Shown: piece by piece, positions 17,129-25,575 of the stretch
Layout: each line of letters begins with the position of its first letter
Position numbering within the stretch: the first letter of the stretch is position 1
From: Elusimicrobiota bacterium
GTDB taxonomy: Bacteria > Elusimicrobiota > Elusimicrobia > JACQPE01
NCBI GenBank assembly: GCA_016180815.1
Contig: JACPAN010000010.1
Span: 15,913-79,912 of the forward strand
Reading direction: 5' to 3'
Length of the DNA stretch: 64,000 nt
Made by a program: the position numbers and the translations under genes
Notes under the pieces: generated by a model
What the model saw: only the letters and a program-made list of their open reading frames with translations
Database searches by the model: none
What the model was told of the DNA's origin: nothing

Positions 17129-17857
17129 TCATTCTTCCTGCTTCAAGATCACCTTGAAGCTGCGCAGCGCCTCTTTGGCTGCGACCTGCTCGGCTTCCTT
17201 CTTATTCTTGCCGATGCCCCGGCCCAAGATTTTCCCCTCAAAGCATGCCTCCACCTCGAACGTTTTTGCGTGCTCGGGCCCCCAGCATTGATGGACGCGG
17301 TACTCCGGAATTTTCTTGTACGTTTTTTGGATGACTTCCTGAAGCCGGCTCTTGTAATCCCTGATCACTAGGCGCTTTTTCTTCATGACCCAACGCGTCA
17401 CCACCAATTGCCGGCAAACTTCAAGGCCGGCTTCAAGGTACAAGGCGCCGATCACCGCTTCCGCGCAATTAGCCAGGATATTGTCGCGTTCCCTGGTCAC
17501 CAATTGCTTGGCGTCGAGCGTTTCCTTTGAACTGACGCGCACATAAGCTTCGAGGTTTAAGTGCTGCGCCAATTCCAAGAGGCTCTTTTTGGCGACCAGC
17601 ATTGATTTGAGTTTAGAGAGCTTCCCCTCGTCCGCATCCGCGAATTTGCCGTAAAGATACTCGGCCACCAGCATGTTGAACACGCTGTCGCCTAAGAACT
17701 CCAGGCGTTCGTTGGAAACCCCGAGGTTATGCTCCGACCCGAACGAGCTGTGCGTCAACGCCAGCTCCAGGAGCTGTTTATCTTTAAATGCGTAACCGAG
17801 CGCGCGTTCGAGTTCGCTCAAGCGCTGTTCGGCAGCAAGGCCTTCGGCCGTGACCAT
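17129..17857 (-). CDS. rnc: Ribonuclease III
   Basis: 242 aa with the RNase III signature ERLEFLGDSV and a C-terminal dsRBD. Confidence 0.9.
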   Translation of the reverse strand: MVTAEGLAAEQRLSELERALGYAFKDKQLLELALTHSSFGSEHNLGVSNERLEFLGDSVFNMLVAEYLYGKFADADEGKLSKLKSMLVAKKSLLELAQHLNLEAYVRVSSKETLDAKQLVTRERDNILANCAEAVIGALYLEAGLEVCRQLVVTRWVMKKKRLVIRDYKSRLQEVIQKTYKKIPEYRVHQCWGPEHAKTFEVEACFEGKILGRGIGKNKKEAEQVAAKEALRSFKVILKQEE

Positions 17858-17865
17858 GAATCACA

Positions 17866-17892
17866 ACAAGGCGGACACCAAGGCCGCCTTGT
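17866..17892 (-). promoter_or_regulatory. 9-bp-stem hairpin in the acpP-rnc spacer, 9 nt upstream of the rnc start, with no U-tract
   Basis: ACAAGGCGG-acaccaagg-CCGCCTTGT is a perfect inverted repeat. The flanks are not T-rich on the transcribed strand. Confidence 0.3.
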
Positions 17893-17921
17893 CGACAAGA
17901 TATTAAAGCGAAACAGATTCG

Positions 17922-18170
17922 CTATTTCTTGCCGTGCGTTCTAATGTACTCGACCGCTTGGCCGACGGTTTGAATCTTCTCTGCGTCTTCGTCCGGAATC
18001 TCGGCGTTAAACTCTTCTTCCAGAGCCATGACGAGCTCAACGGTGTCTAGAGAGTCTGCGCCCAGGTCGTTGACAAAGTGGGAATTCTGACTGACTTCCC
18101 CTGCGTCCACGCCTAACTGCTCCACGATGATTTTTTTTACGCGCGCCTCAACGTCGTTTGTTACGGCCAT
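17922..18170 (-). CDS. acpP: Acyl carrier protein
   Basis: The product has the [20 protein letters not shown] motif with the phosphopantetheine-attachment serine. The start at MAVTNDVE is preceded by a GGAGGA RBS. Confidence 0.9.
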   Translation of the reverse strand: MAVTNDVEARVKKIIVEQLGVDAGEVSQNSHFVNDLGADSLDTVELVMALEEEFNAEIPDEDAEKIQTVGQAVEYIRTHGKK

Positions 18171-18318
18171 GAGAGTTCCTCCACTGCTCATTTTCATTTG
18201 GAGCCCGGCTTTAAGACGCTAGGAGACAGGGAAGGGATTTCCCCTTCACTAACTCCTAACTCTTTCGGTCCAAGGCCCTTTAGCATTAAACACGCCTTAC
18301 TTTTAGGCATGTCAAAAT

Positions 18319-19059
18319 CTACATGTACAATCCGCCGTTAACCCCGATGACTTGTCCCGTCACATAACTGACGTCGTCCGAGGCCAAGAACAGGCAGACT
18401 TTGGCCACTTCCACGGGTTCGGCGAAACGCCCCAAAGGCGTCCAGGTCATAAATTGCTTTTTGATCTCCTCCGGAAGCACCTCGGTCAGGCGCGTGCGCA
18501 CGAATCCCGGAGCAATGGCATTGCACAAAATGTTGCGGGAGGCCAATTCCTTGGCCACGGTCTTGGTCAGGGCGATCAACCCGCCTTTGCTGGCCGCATA
18601 ATTGGCCTGGCCGGGATTGCCGTATTGACCCACGACCGAGGCGATATTGACGATGCGCCCGTAGCGCTGCTTCATCATCGGGTGGGCGCAAGCCTTGATC
18701 AAGTAAAAGGCGGCCTTTAAGTTGACGTCCATCACCGCGTTCCACTGATCATCAGTCATTCGCATGATCAAATTATCTTTGGTAATGCCGGCATTGTTGA
18801 CCAAAATATCGATGCGCCCGAACGTTGCGACGGCTTTTTGGACCGCGGCTTCGCAATCCTCTTTCTTGGTCACATTGCCCGCGGCCGTGGCCACGGAATC
18901 GCCCGATCCGGACACTTCCTTGGCCGCGGACTCAAGAGCGGCGGCATCCAAATCGCAAAGAACGACTTTCGCGCCCTCCGCGTGGAAAAGCTTGGCCGTG
19001 GCCCGGCCGATGCCTTGGGCCGCGCCGGTGATTAAAGCTACCCTATCCTTTAATCTCAA
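18319..19059 (-). CDS. fabG: 3-oxoacyl-ACP reductase
   Basis: 246-aa SDR with TGAAQGIGRA, NNAG and the YxxxK motif, closely resembling FabG. Confidence 0.9.
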   Translation of the reverse strand: MRLKDRVALITGAAQGIGRATAKLFHAEGAKVVLCDLDAAALESAAKEVSGSGDSVATAAGNVTKKEDCEAAVQKAVATFGRIDILVNNAGITKDNLIMRMTDDQWNAVMDVNLKAAFYLIKACAHPMMKQRYGRIVNIASVVGQYGNPGQANYAASKGGLIALTKTVAKELASRNILCNAIAPGFVRTRLTEVLPEEIKKQFMTWTPLGRFAEPVEVAKVCLFLASDDVSYVTGQVIGVNGGLYM

Positions 19060-19147
19060 TCTTGATCATTGCTCGGTTTTCTGAGATGCCACTTCTAGCA
19101 TAATTCATCCCCTCCGCTTGCAGTCTAGGCAAAAAACCCCGTCAAAA

Positions 19148-20209
19148 TCAAGAGAGCTTGCCCGCTGCCGCCACGCCTCCTGGGTTGGCGATCAAAGCCG
19201 CGTAATGTCTCAGGTACTCTTCTTGGATTTTTGCCGTTCCTTCGATGGCCGCGAATTGCCCGCAGCGAACAAGCCCGCTGGCGATCGCGGCCGGAGAAGA
19301 ACGCCCGTGCCCGATAAACAAATTTCCGCGCGCGCCCAATAAAGGCGCGCCGCCGATGGCTTCCCAGGAAAGCTTCTTTTTGAGTTTCTTTAAGCTGGGC
19401 AGCATTAACAGGCCGCCTAATTTGCCCAGCCAGTTTAAATTTTTCTTGAGCATGCGCCCGGCTTCCTCAATAAAGCCCTCGCCTAATTTGAGCGCAATAT
19501 TGCCGACGAATGCGTCGCAAATCACCACATCCACCCGGCCCAAGGGCAAATCCTTGCCCTCGACCATGCCCGCGAAATCATTGGGGATCAACTTTTCGAT
19601 CAAACGATAGGCTTCCTTAATCTTTGAATTGCCCTTAGTGCGCTCTTCGCCGATGGACAACAGCCCGACCCTCACCGATTCCCTGCCCAGCATGGCTTTA
19701 GCATAGAGGCTGCCCAGCACCGCGAAATGGGCCAATTGCCGCGCGTCCGCGTCTGGAGTCGCGCCCGCATCCATGAGATAAGTGGCGCCCCGGCTATTCG
19801 GCCATGGAATAGGAAGGCCGGGTTTTAACGACTCATCCGGGTACGTGCCAAGAATCTCCAGCGCCCAATACACGCTGGCCGTGGTCGAGCCCGCGCTCAT
19901 GACCCCGGCCACTTCGCCCGCTTTCAACAATTCGAGGCATTTGGCGATGGAGGAATCCTTGCGCCGCTTGGCGATGGCGAACGTGCCCTCGCCCATGCCC
20001 ACGGCTTCGGACGAAACCACGATTTTGATGGCCCGGTTTCGCCAACCGGGTTCGAATTTTGATAAGGCGCTCTCCAAATCTTTGGGAACGCCGGCTAAAT
20101 GAACCTCGAGGTTCGGCTCTCGATCCAGGGCTTCCAGAGCGCCCTTGACCAGGGGTTCACAGCCGAAATCTCCCCCCATGGCATCCAGAGCGATGGGGAT
20201 TCTTTTCAT
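19148..20209 (-). CDS. plsX: Phosphate acyltransferase PlsX
   Basis: MKRIPIALDAMGGD ... typical PlsX. The start overlaps the rpmF stop as TAATG. The longer track ORF reaching 20329 is an upstream extension. Confidence 0.9.
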   Translation of the reverse strand: MKRIPIALDAMGGDFGCEPLVKGALEALDREPNLEVHLAGVPKDLESALSKFEPGWRNRAIKIVVSSEAVGMGEGTFAIAKRRKDSSIAKCLELLKAGEVAGVMSAGSTTASVYWALEILGTYPDESLKPGLPIPWPNSRGATYLMDAGATPDADARQLAHFAVLGSLYAKAMLGRESVRVGLLSIGEERTKGNSKIKEAYRLIEKLIPNDFAGMVEGKDLPLGRVDVVICDAFVGNIALKLGEGFIEEAGRMLKKNLNWLGKLGGLLMLPSLKKLKKKLSWEAIGGAPLLGARGNLFIGHGRSSPAAIASGLVRCGQFAAIEGTAKIQEEYLRHYAALIANPGGVAAAGKLS

Positions 20210-20427
20210 TATTGCTGCCCGCCCTGTTCGCCTTTCTTGGACTTTTCCATTTTGGGAGTGATGACGAGCCGTCCGCCGTAAAACCCGCATTTGCCGCAAA
20301 CGCGATGCGGCAGCTTCATTCCCTTGCAATTAGGGCAAGGCACGGCAGCCACCGGCTCCACGCGCCAATTGGACGCCCGCCGTATGCCGGTGCGATGCCT
20401 TGTATGTTTCTTCTTTGGATTGGGCAT
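20209..20427 (-). CDS. rpmF: 50S ribosomal protein L32
   Basis: 72 aa with a basic N-terminus (PKKKHTRHRTGIRR) and a CxxC...CxxC zinc ribbon. Confidence 0.9.
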   Translation of the reverse strand: MPNPKKKHTRHRTGIRRASNWRVEPVAAVPCPNCKGMKLPHRVCGKCGFYGGRLVITPKMEKSKKGEQGGQQ

Positions 20428-20432
20428 AGCTT

Positions 20433-20909
20433 TTATTGCTCCTTTCTCTTATAGATATCCTTAAGTTTACCAAATGGATTTGAGATTGCAGGCCGGCAGG
20501 AACAGGCCTCTTTATTGCGGTTAACCCCGCAGGTGGGGCACAAGCCACGGCAGTCCCCCCGGCATAAAGGCTTGACCGGCAAAACAAGGACCAAAGCTTG
20601 GCGGATTTGCTCCCCGACGTCGATTTCAGGAGCGCTTAAAGGATACGTTTCCTCAAGCTCCTGGGTAAAGGACTGCTCGAATTCATCCCCACAGCGCGAA
20701 CAAACGAGCTTAAAACCGCCCTCGATTTGCCCCAGCAGCAAAAGCTCTTTGGATCCGATGGAAATCTCGAATTCGGCTTCCAGGCGCTCATTGAGGCGGG
20801 CCGTCGGGCTCGCGATATCCTCGGCAAAGGACTTGGTCTCTTCAATCGGGCCTGAGAAGGAAAGGCCGCCTTCGCTGACGATTTCTTCGGTTCGATAGAT
20901 CAGGGGCAT
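20433..20909 (-). CDS. yceD: YceD/DUF177 family protein
   Basis: 158 aa ending in a C-terminal 4-Cys cluster (CRGDCRGLCPTCGVNRNKEACSC). It sits upstream of rpmF-plsX, the conserved yceD position. Confidence 0.85.
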   Translation of the reverse strand: MPLIYRTEEIVSEGGLSFSGPIEETKSFAEDIASPTARLNERLEAEFEISIGSKELLLLGQIEGGFKLVCSRCGDEFEQSFTQELEETYPLSAPEIDVGEQIRQALVLVLPVKPLCRGDCRGLCPTCGVNRNKEACSCRPAISNPFGKLKDIYKRKEQ

Positions 20910-21007
20910 GGGTTTAGCTTACTAATATCAGGAGCGTTTTTTAAGGGCGTTGAAGGTTTTATTTCTGTAAAATGAGTCATCAATTATAAAAATTTCTCGG
21001 AGGCTTC

Positions 21008-22381
21008 ATGGGTCAATATCAAAAAGTAAAGGTCCCCGCCGGCGGCGCGAAAATTCAATTCAAAAACGGCAAATTAGAGGCGCCGGAGCGCCCCATCATT
21101 CCCTTTTTCGCCGGAGACGGCACCGGGCCCGATCTTTGGAAAGGCACGCAGCCCGTTTTAGATGCCGCTGTTGAGAAAGCCTACGGCGGCAAAAAGAAAA
21201 TCGTCTGGATGGAAATTTACGCGGGACTCTCCGCGCTCATGCACTACGACAAGGACACCGTGCTCCCCCAAGAAACTTTGGATACGATTTCTGATTTCCG
21301 TGTGGCCATCAAAGGCCCGCTGACCACGCCTGCCGGCGGGTTTAAATTCGTCTGCCTCGTCTGCGCGACGGAACAAAACGAGACGAACGGCAAACGCCCG
21401 GCTCAATGCGCGAAATGCGAGTCCGAATGGGTCACGCCGCGATTCCGTTCCGTCAATGTGGGCCTGCGCCAAAAACTCGACCTTTACGCCTGCGTGCGGC
21501 CCGTGCGCTGGTTTAAAGGCGTTCCCTGCCCGGTCAAAGCTCCTGAAAAATTCAACATCGTCATTTTCCGCGAAAACACGGAAGACGTTTACGCGGGCAT
21601 TGAATTTGAGAACGGAACGCCGGAACAAAAAAAGGTCTACGAATTTTTGACTAAAGAGATGGGCAAAAAATTCCGGGCGGATTCGGGCATCGGGATCAAG
21701 CCGATCTCGGCCACCGGCAGCAAGCGCCTGGTGCGCATGGCCATCCAATACGCCTTGGACCATCAAAAGCCCTCGGTGACCTTGGTTCATAAGGGCAATA
21801 TCCAAAAATTCACGGAAGGCGCCTTCCGCGACTGGGGCTATGAGGTGGCCAAAGGAGAATTCCGCGACAAAATCGTCACCGAGCAGGAACTTTGGGATCA
21901 ATATGAGGGCAAAATGCCCTCGGGCAAACTCCTCGTTAAAGACCGCATCGCCGACCAGACATTCCAACAATTGCTCCTGCGACCTGATGAGTACAGCGTG
22001 CTGGCCACTCCCAATTTAAACGGCGACTATATTTCAGACGCGGCCGCCGCCCAGGTGGGCGGCCTGGGCATCGCCCCCGGCGCCAACATCGGCGACGGCG
22101 TGGCCGTATTCGAGGCCACGCACGGCACCGCTCCCAAATACACGGGCAAAGACATGGTCAATCCGGGTTCGCTGATTCTCTCCGGCGTCATGATGCTGGA
22201 GCATCTAGGCTGGCAGGAAGCCGCGGACCTGGTTGTACACGGCCTTGAGGCCACGATTCAAGCAAAAACCGTCACCTACGATCTCGAGCGCCAAATGCAA
22301 GGAGCCAAAAAACTCAAAACGTCCGAATTCGGCGCAGCCATCGTAAAGAACATGGGCCGCCGCACCGCCGCCGTCGCTTAA
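21008..22381 (+). CDS. icd: NADP-dependent isocitrate dehydrogenase (homodimeric type) with a ~34-aa Cys4 insertion
   Basis: Collinear with homodimeric NADP-IDH (AIKGPLTTP ... [10 protein letters not shown] ... [11 protein letters not shown]). A GGAGG RBS sits 6 nt upstream. Extra segment [35 protein letters not shown] (nt 21341-21445). Confidence 0.93.
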   Translation: MGQYQKVKVPAGGAKIQFKNGKLEAPERPIIPFFAGDGTGPDLWKGTQPVLDAAVEKAYGGKKKIVWMEIYAGLSALMHYDKDTVLPQETLDTISDFRVAIKGPLTTPAGGFKFVCLVCATEQNETNGKRPAQCAKCESEWVTPRFRSVNVGLRQKLDLYACVRPVRWFKGVPCPVKAPEKFNIVIFRENTEDVYAGIEFENGTPEQKKVYEFLTKEMGKKFRADSGIGIKPISATGSKRLVRMAIQYALDHQKPSVTLVHKGNIQKFTEGAFRDWGYEVAKGEFRDKIVTEQELWDQYEGKMPSGKLLVKDRIADQTFQQLLLRPDEYSVLATPNLNGDYISDAAAAQVGGLGIAPGANIGDGVAVFEATHGTAPKYTGKDMVNPGSLILSGVMMLEHLGWQEAADLVVHGLEATIQAKTVTYDLERQMQGAKKLKTSEFGAAIVKNMGRRTAAVA

Positions 22382-22501
22382 AAGCGACGCCGAACTGCCT
22401 CGACTAATTAGACAGGTATTTTCCCTAAGCTTCCCTCTTGTCTAAAGAGTATTGTGCCCCGGTTAACTTCGAGGCAGCTAAAATAGGTTAAGGAGGACAC
22501 A

Positions 22502-22933
22502 ATGGAAACATCAAAATCAGCTGTCCGAGGCCCCCAAAAGCGTCGATGGTTGAGCGAACAGAAACTCGGTACCACCGAGCGCAGTCGCGTTGCCGCAAAG
22601 TACGCCCCGGACGATTACGCTCAACTACTCAAGCCTGTCCCGCCGAGCGTTGTTTTCGAGAAGAAGGTCTCCCAGCGTACGGATATCGTCCACGTCTTCA
22701 GCGACAAGAAATCATCTCTAAAAGCGGAACTCGTGGCTCTGCGTAAATCCATCAAGAGCGATGCTGTGGTGTGGGTTTCCTGGCCGAAGAAGGCATCGAA
22801 AGTGCAAACTGACATCATCGAAGACACAGTTCGCGAATTGGCGCTCCCGCTTGGGTTCGTAGACGTAAAGGTTTGCGCCGTGAGCGAAGTTTGGTCGGGC
22901 TTGAAGTTGGTCGTCCGCAAGGAGCTTCGCTGA
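22502..22933 (+). CDS. DUF3052-like protein of unknown function
   Basis: 143 aa. The C-terminal VVWVSWPKKASKVQTDIIEDTVRELALPLGFVDVKVCAVSEVWSGLKLVVRKE matches the DUF3052 pattern I recall (WIAWPKKSSGV...LVDNKVCAIDDTWSGLRLV). An AAGGAGG RBS is present. Confidence 0.55.
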   Translation: METSKSAVRGPQKRRWLSEQKLGTTERSRVAAKYAPDDYAQLLKPVPPSVVFEKKVSQRTDIVHVFSDKKSSLKAELVALRKSIKSDAVVWVSWPKKASKVQTDIIEDTVRELALPLGFVDVKVCAVSEVWSGLKLVVRKELR

Positions 22934-23035
22934 AAATGCGGCCTAACCACCGCATCGAGGCGGACCGTCGCCAGCGTCGCTTCGCGACCCCGGCTCCGTC
23001 CGCTCATGCGGGACGTTAGGGCGCCAATAGAACTC

Positions 23036-23347
23036 CTACCAGACGTATACCTTGTACTTTTTGTCCGCGACCTTTTTAGAAGTAATCCTGAGCGTCCGGG
23101 CTTTTGCTAGACGAAACAATGCCACGGCCACACGCCCAGCATCGCATGGATACTTTGTTTGGACTTTGGCAAAGACTTCGCCCGCGACACGCGGAGTGGA
23201 AAAGAAGCGAGCATCCCTCAGCTCAATCAGGGCATCGGACAGCGAATTCTTGCCCGCTTTGAGCGGAGGCCCTTTCTTTTTCGAAATGATGGCCTCGAGA
23301 GCAGCTATTCGCTTTTCATGGTCCTTTAACATCGTTGCTTGGTCCAC
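23036..23347 (-). CDS. Hypothetical small basic protein (103 aa), paralog 3 of the cassette
   Basis: Last gene of a translationally coupled four-gene operon. Its C-terminal module RDARFFSTPRVAGEVFAKVQTKYP...RITSKKVADKKYKVYVW is shared with the 147- and 138-aa proteins. Confidence 0.5.
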   Translation of the reverse strand: MDQATMLKDHEKRIAALEAIISKKKGPPLKAGKNSLSDALIELRDARFFSTPRVAGEVFAKVQTKYPCDAGRVAVALFRLAKARTLRITSKKVADKKYKVYVW

Positions 23348-23349
23348 TC

Positions 23350-24141
23350 TTATTTCCTCACTTCTGGCGCACCGGCACGCCGAATGATTCCTTCCGCCTC
23401 TTCCATTCCAAGCGCACGCAGGCGAAGAGAGTTCCCATCGTCATCTACAACACTAGCGAGTCGTCTGACCGCCAGCTTCGCATTATTGATGGAAAACTGA
23501 TGACGACAGATCGTATCAACAAGAGTATCCACGGTGACTCGCCGTGGGTGCCGATACCACAAGGTCAGCAGGCCGACCTCGCGCGCGCTGATTTTCTTGA
23601 TGTTAAAATACGGACGTCTATCAATTTCCTCAGTGAGCGGGTATTTCTTCTCCATCAATTCCGCGACGAGATCGCTGGCATCCTTTAGGCTCAAAGCGCC
23701 GCGGCCAGAATAACGCACGAGCTCGGCCATTATCCAAGAACATAAAACTACGATAACATCGGCGTCCATTTCGTTTGGATCGACCTCACCCGGATCGTGG
23801 CGAGCACCGCGGTTACTGGCGATTTCATAGCCAAATCTGCATGCACGCGGGATCACGAGCCTAATCGTGTCATCGAGGCTGGTCCGCGGCATGGCAAACA
23901 GGTCGTTAATAACCTTATCAACCTTGAAATCTCGTGAAGCAGGCAACGTCTGTCCGGCATACAAGGATACGGCCTTCATGATCGCTTCAATAAACTTGCC
24001 ATCCTTCACGATCGCGCCCTCCCAGTCCTGGTGCTGAAACTTCTCAATCGCCGCAATATGGTGATCAATGGCCGCCACGACGTGCTTCTTCTCAAATTTA
24101 GTCGCGATCTGAGCTTCGATAACCTTTGCCGGTGAACTCAA
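23350..24141 (-). CDS. Hypothetical protein (263 aa), no recognisable catalytic motif
   Basis: Start overlaps the upstream gene as ATGA. Soluble and largely helical by composition. I see no Walker A motif and no canonical HEPN Rx4-6H motif. Confidence 0.5.
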   Translation of the reverse strand: MSSPAKVIEAQIATKFEKKHVVAAIDHHIAAIEKFQHQDWEGAIVKDGKFIEAIMKAVSLYAGQTLPASRDFKVDKVINDLFAMPRTSLDDTIRLVIPRACRFGYEIASNRGARHDPGEVDPNEMDADVIVVLCSWIMAELVRYSGRGALSLKDASDLVAELMEKKYPLTEEIDRRPYFNIKKISAREVGLLTLWYRHPRRVTVDTLVDTICRHQFSINNAKLAVRRLASVVDDDGNSLRLRALGMEEAEGIIRRAGAPEVRK

Positions 24142-24554
24142 TTAAGTATCTCCGACCAGCGCGGAAGAAGAACATACACGCCCTTCTTGGGTGAATCCGC
24201 CCAACCGTTGTCCTTCGCCCTGTTGGAGTAGGCCCGATTATAGGCGCCCCCCATCAAGCCGACCATCTTGCTCCAGGCGTCCTCAACCGATTTAACCGGG
24301 ACCGTCGCATTTCCAGTTTTACCTTTTGCAAGATAGGCCAGCAGAAGCGTAAATTTCTCGGGGCCCTTAAGAGAACGCGCGTGCGTCTTCATGAAGAAAC
24401 GCATCGGCGCGTTGAAATCAATCTTGGGCGCCCGGGCAGGCGCCAGCGCCTTACGCGCAACAGTTACCTTAGATTTAGTTCCCAACTTCTCCAGAACAAC
24501 CTCACCCTGATAGATGTTTTCGGCATCATCAATGAAACGAATTTCCAGTTTCAT
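24138..24554 (-). CDS. Hypothetical small basic protein (138 aa), paralog 2 of the cassette
   Basis: A GGTGAGGA RBS sits 7 nt upstream. C-terminal KSVEDAWSKM...AKDNGWADSPKKGVYVLLPRW aligns with the other two small proteins. Confidence 0.5.
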   Translation of the reverse strand: MKLEIRFIDDAENIYQGEVVLEKLGTKSKVTVARKALAPARAPKIDFNAPMRFFMKTHARSLKGPEKFTLLLAYLAKGKTGNATVPVKSVEDAWSKMVGLMGGAYNRAYSNRAKDNGWADSPKKGVYVLLPRWSEILN

Positions 24555-24564
24555 TTCTGCATCC

Positions 24565-25008
24565 TCACCAGTTCGAATACACGAATATTTTTCCCTTACC
24601 CTTTCGAACTTCCTGGGTCCGGCGCAACACTCTACGCCGCGTTTGCCGGACCAGAATCGGGCTTAACGTCGTAATCGGATATGAATGACCCGCGACGCGC
24701 AATGCCTCACGCACATCGAAAATCGACTTTGCGTTCTTAAAGAACCCTTCACGCGCTAAATCCGAGACTCGCTCAGTCGGCCCGCCCTTTCCTGATCCCT
24801 TTGCGGTGCGCGCGGGTACAGCCAGGGCTTGCTTCTTATGGGTAGAATTGGCCACGAAACCCACATTGGATCCACCCCCGGAGAGCAGGTGGCCCAATAT
24901 GACCTCAAAGGCCTTTTCCTTCAGCTTTTGATCCTGCATATCGCTGACGGATTCTTCAGCCTTCTTGCGGGCGGCGCGGATATTGGCAATTGGGTTATTT
25001 TGTTTCAT
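24565..25008 (-). CDS. Hypothetical small basic protein (147 aa), paralog 1 of the cassette, first gene, apparently leaderless
   Basis: C-terminal AREGFFKNAKSIFDVREAL...RRTQEVRKGKGKIFVYSNW. Its ATG lies 8 nt downstream of a consensus -10 box. Confidence 0.5.
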   Translation of the reverse strand: MKQNNPIANIRAARKKAEESVSDMQDQKLKEKAFEVILGHLLSGGGSNVGFVANSTHKKQALAVPARTAKGSGKGGPTERVSDLAREGFFKNAKSIFDVREALRVAGHSYPITTLSPILVRQTRRRVLRRTQEVRKGKGKIFVYSNW

Positions 25009-25016
25009 TGGTAGAC

Positions 25017-25046
25017 ATTATAAGGAATTGCAATATTTACTGTCAA
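25017..25046 (-). promoter_or_regulatory. Consensus sigma70 promoter (TTGACA-N18-TATAAT) driving the four-gene cassette as a leaderless transcript
   Basis: On the minus strand: TTGACA (25046-25041), an 18-nt spacer, then TATAAT (25022-25017). The ATG at 25008 starts 8 nt after the -10 box, so there is no room for an SD. An AT-rich upstream tract contains the palindrome ATAAATTTAT. Confidence 0.55.
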
Positions 25047-25575
25047 CTCACCGTCGGAGATTTTATTATTGATAGACTTAGCATATGAATATAAATTTAT
25101 TATCCGAGCTTTGGGACGGGATCGGTGACGTAGAGCACCGAAAAGAGTGCGCCCTAACCATTGGCTTGTGCCGCCGCGTTGCGCGCGCGGCACAGCCTCG
25201 GCGATGCCGATCAGGTCACAATGCCAGAGCCATTAACGCCAATCCCAAGCCTCATGTCAGAGTACCTTGGCAAGTGGGGGCAGTTAGAAAATTACCGGCT
25301 CCAGGAGGCTTCGCTGCGCCTCCTCTTTCACAGCCTCTGCTCCGAAAACAAAAAATTGAGCATGTGCTGCTAAAAGTAAGTGCCCTTAACGATTTACAGC
25401 ACCAATATTTTCGACACATATTCAGTAGCCAAGCATACCCTCAAAAAAGACATAGATGAGAGTTCAAGGATTCCCTCTTTATGGCCAATGACTCAATAAG
25501 GCCATGGGATGAACCAGTCTTCTCTTCCGGGGACATTTTGCGGCCTCGAGAGTATTCGTACAGGTAGATCTCGGA

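Noticed and set aside
21158-21970. 270-aa minus-strand ORF inside icd
   Set aside because: Antisense to a clearly conserved isocitrate dehydrogenase frame.
22936-23035. Possible tRNA fragment or attachment site at the island edge (GC-rich stretch after the DUF3052 stop)
   Set aside because: No T-arm GTTCNANNC or acceptor-stem pattern could be built. Only a short 6-bp hairpin (ATGCGG...CCGCAT) is present.
25085-25459. 124-aa plus-strand ORF in the gap upstream of the cassette
   Set aside because: Arg-rich with no RBS or motifs, and it spans a compositionally heterogeneous region. More likely non-coding; see the finding on the non-coding interval.
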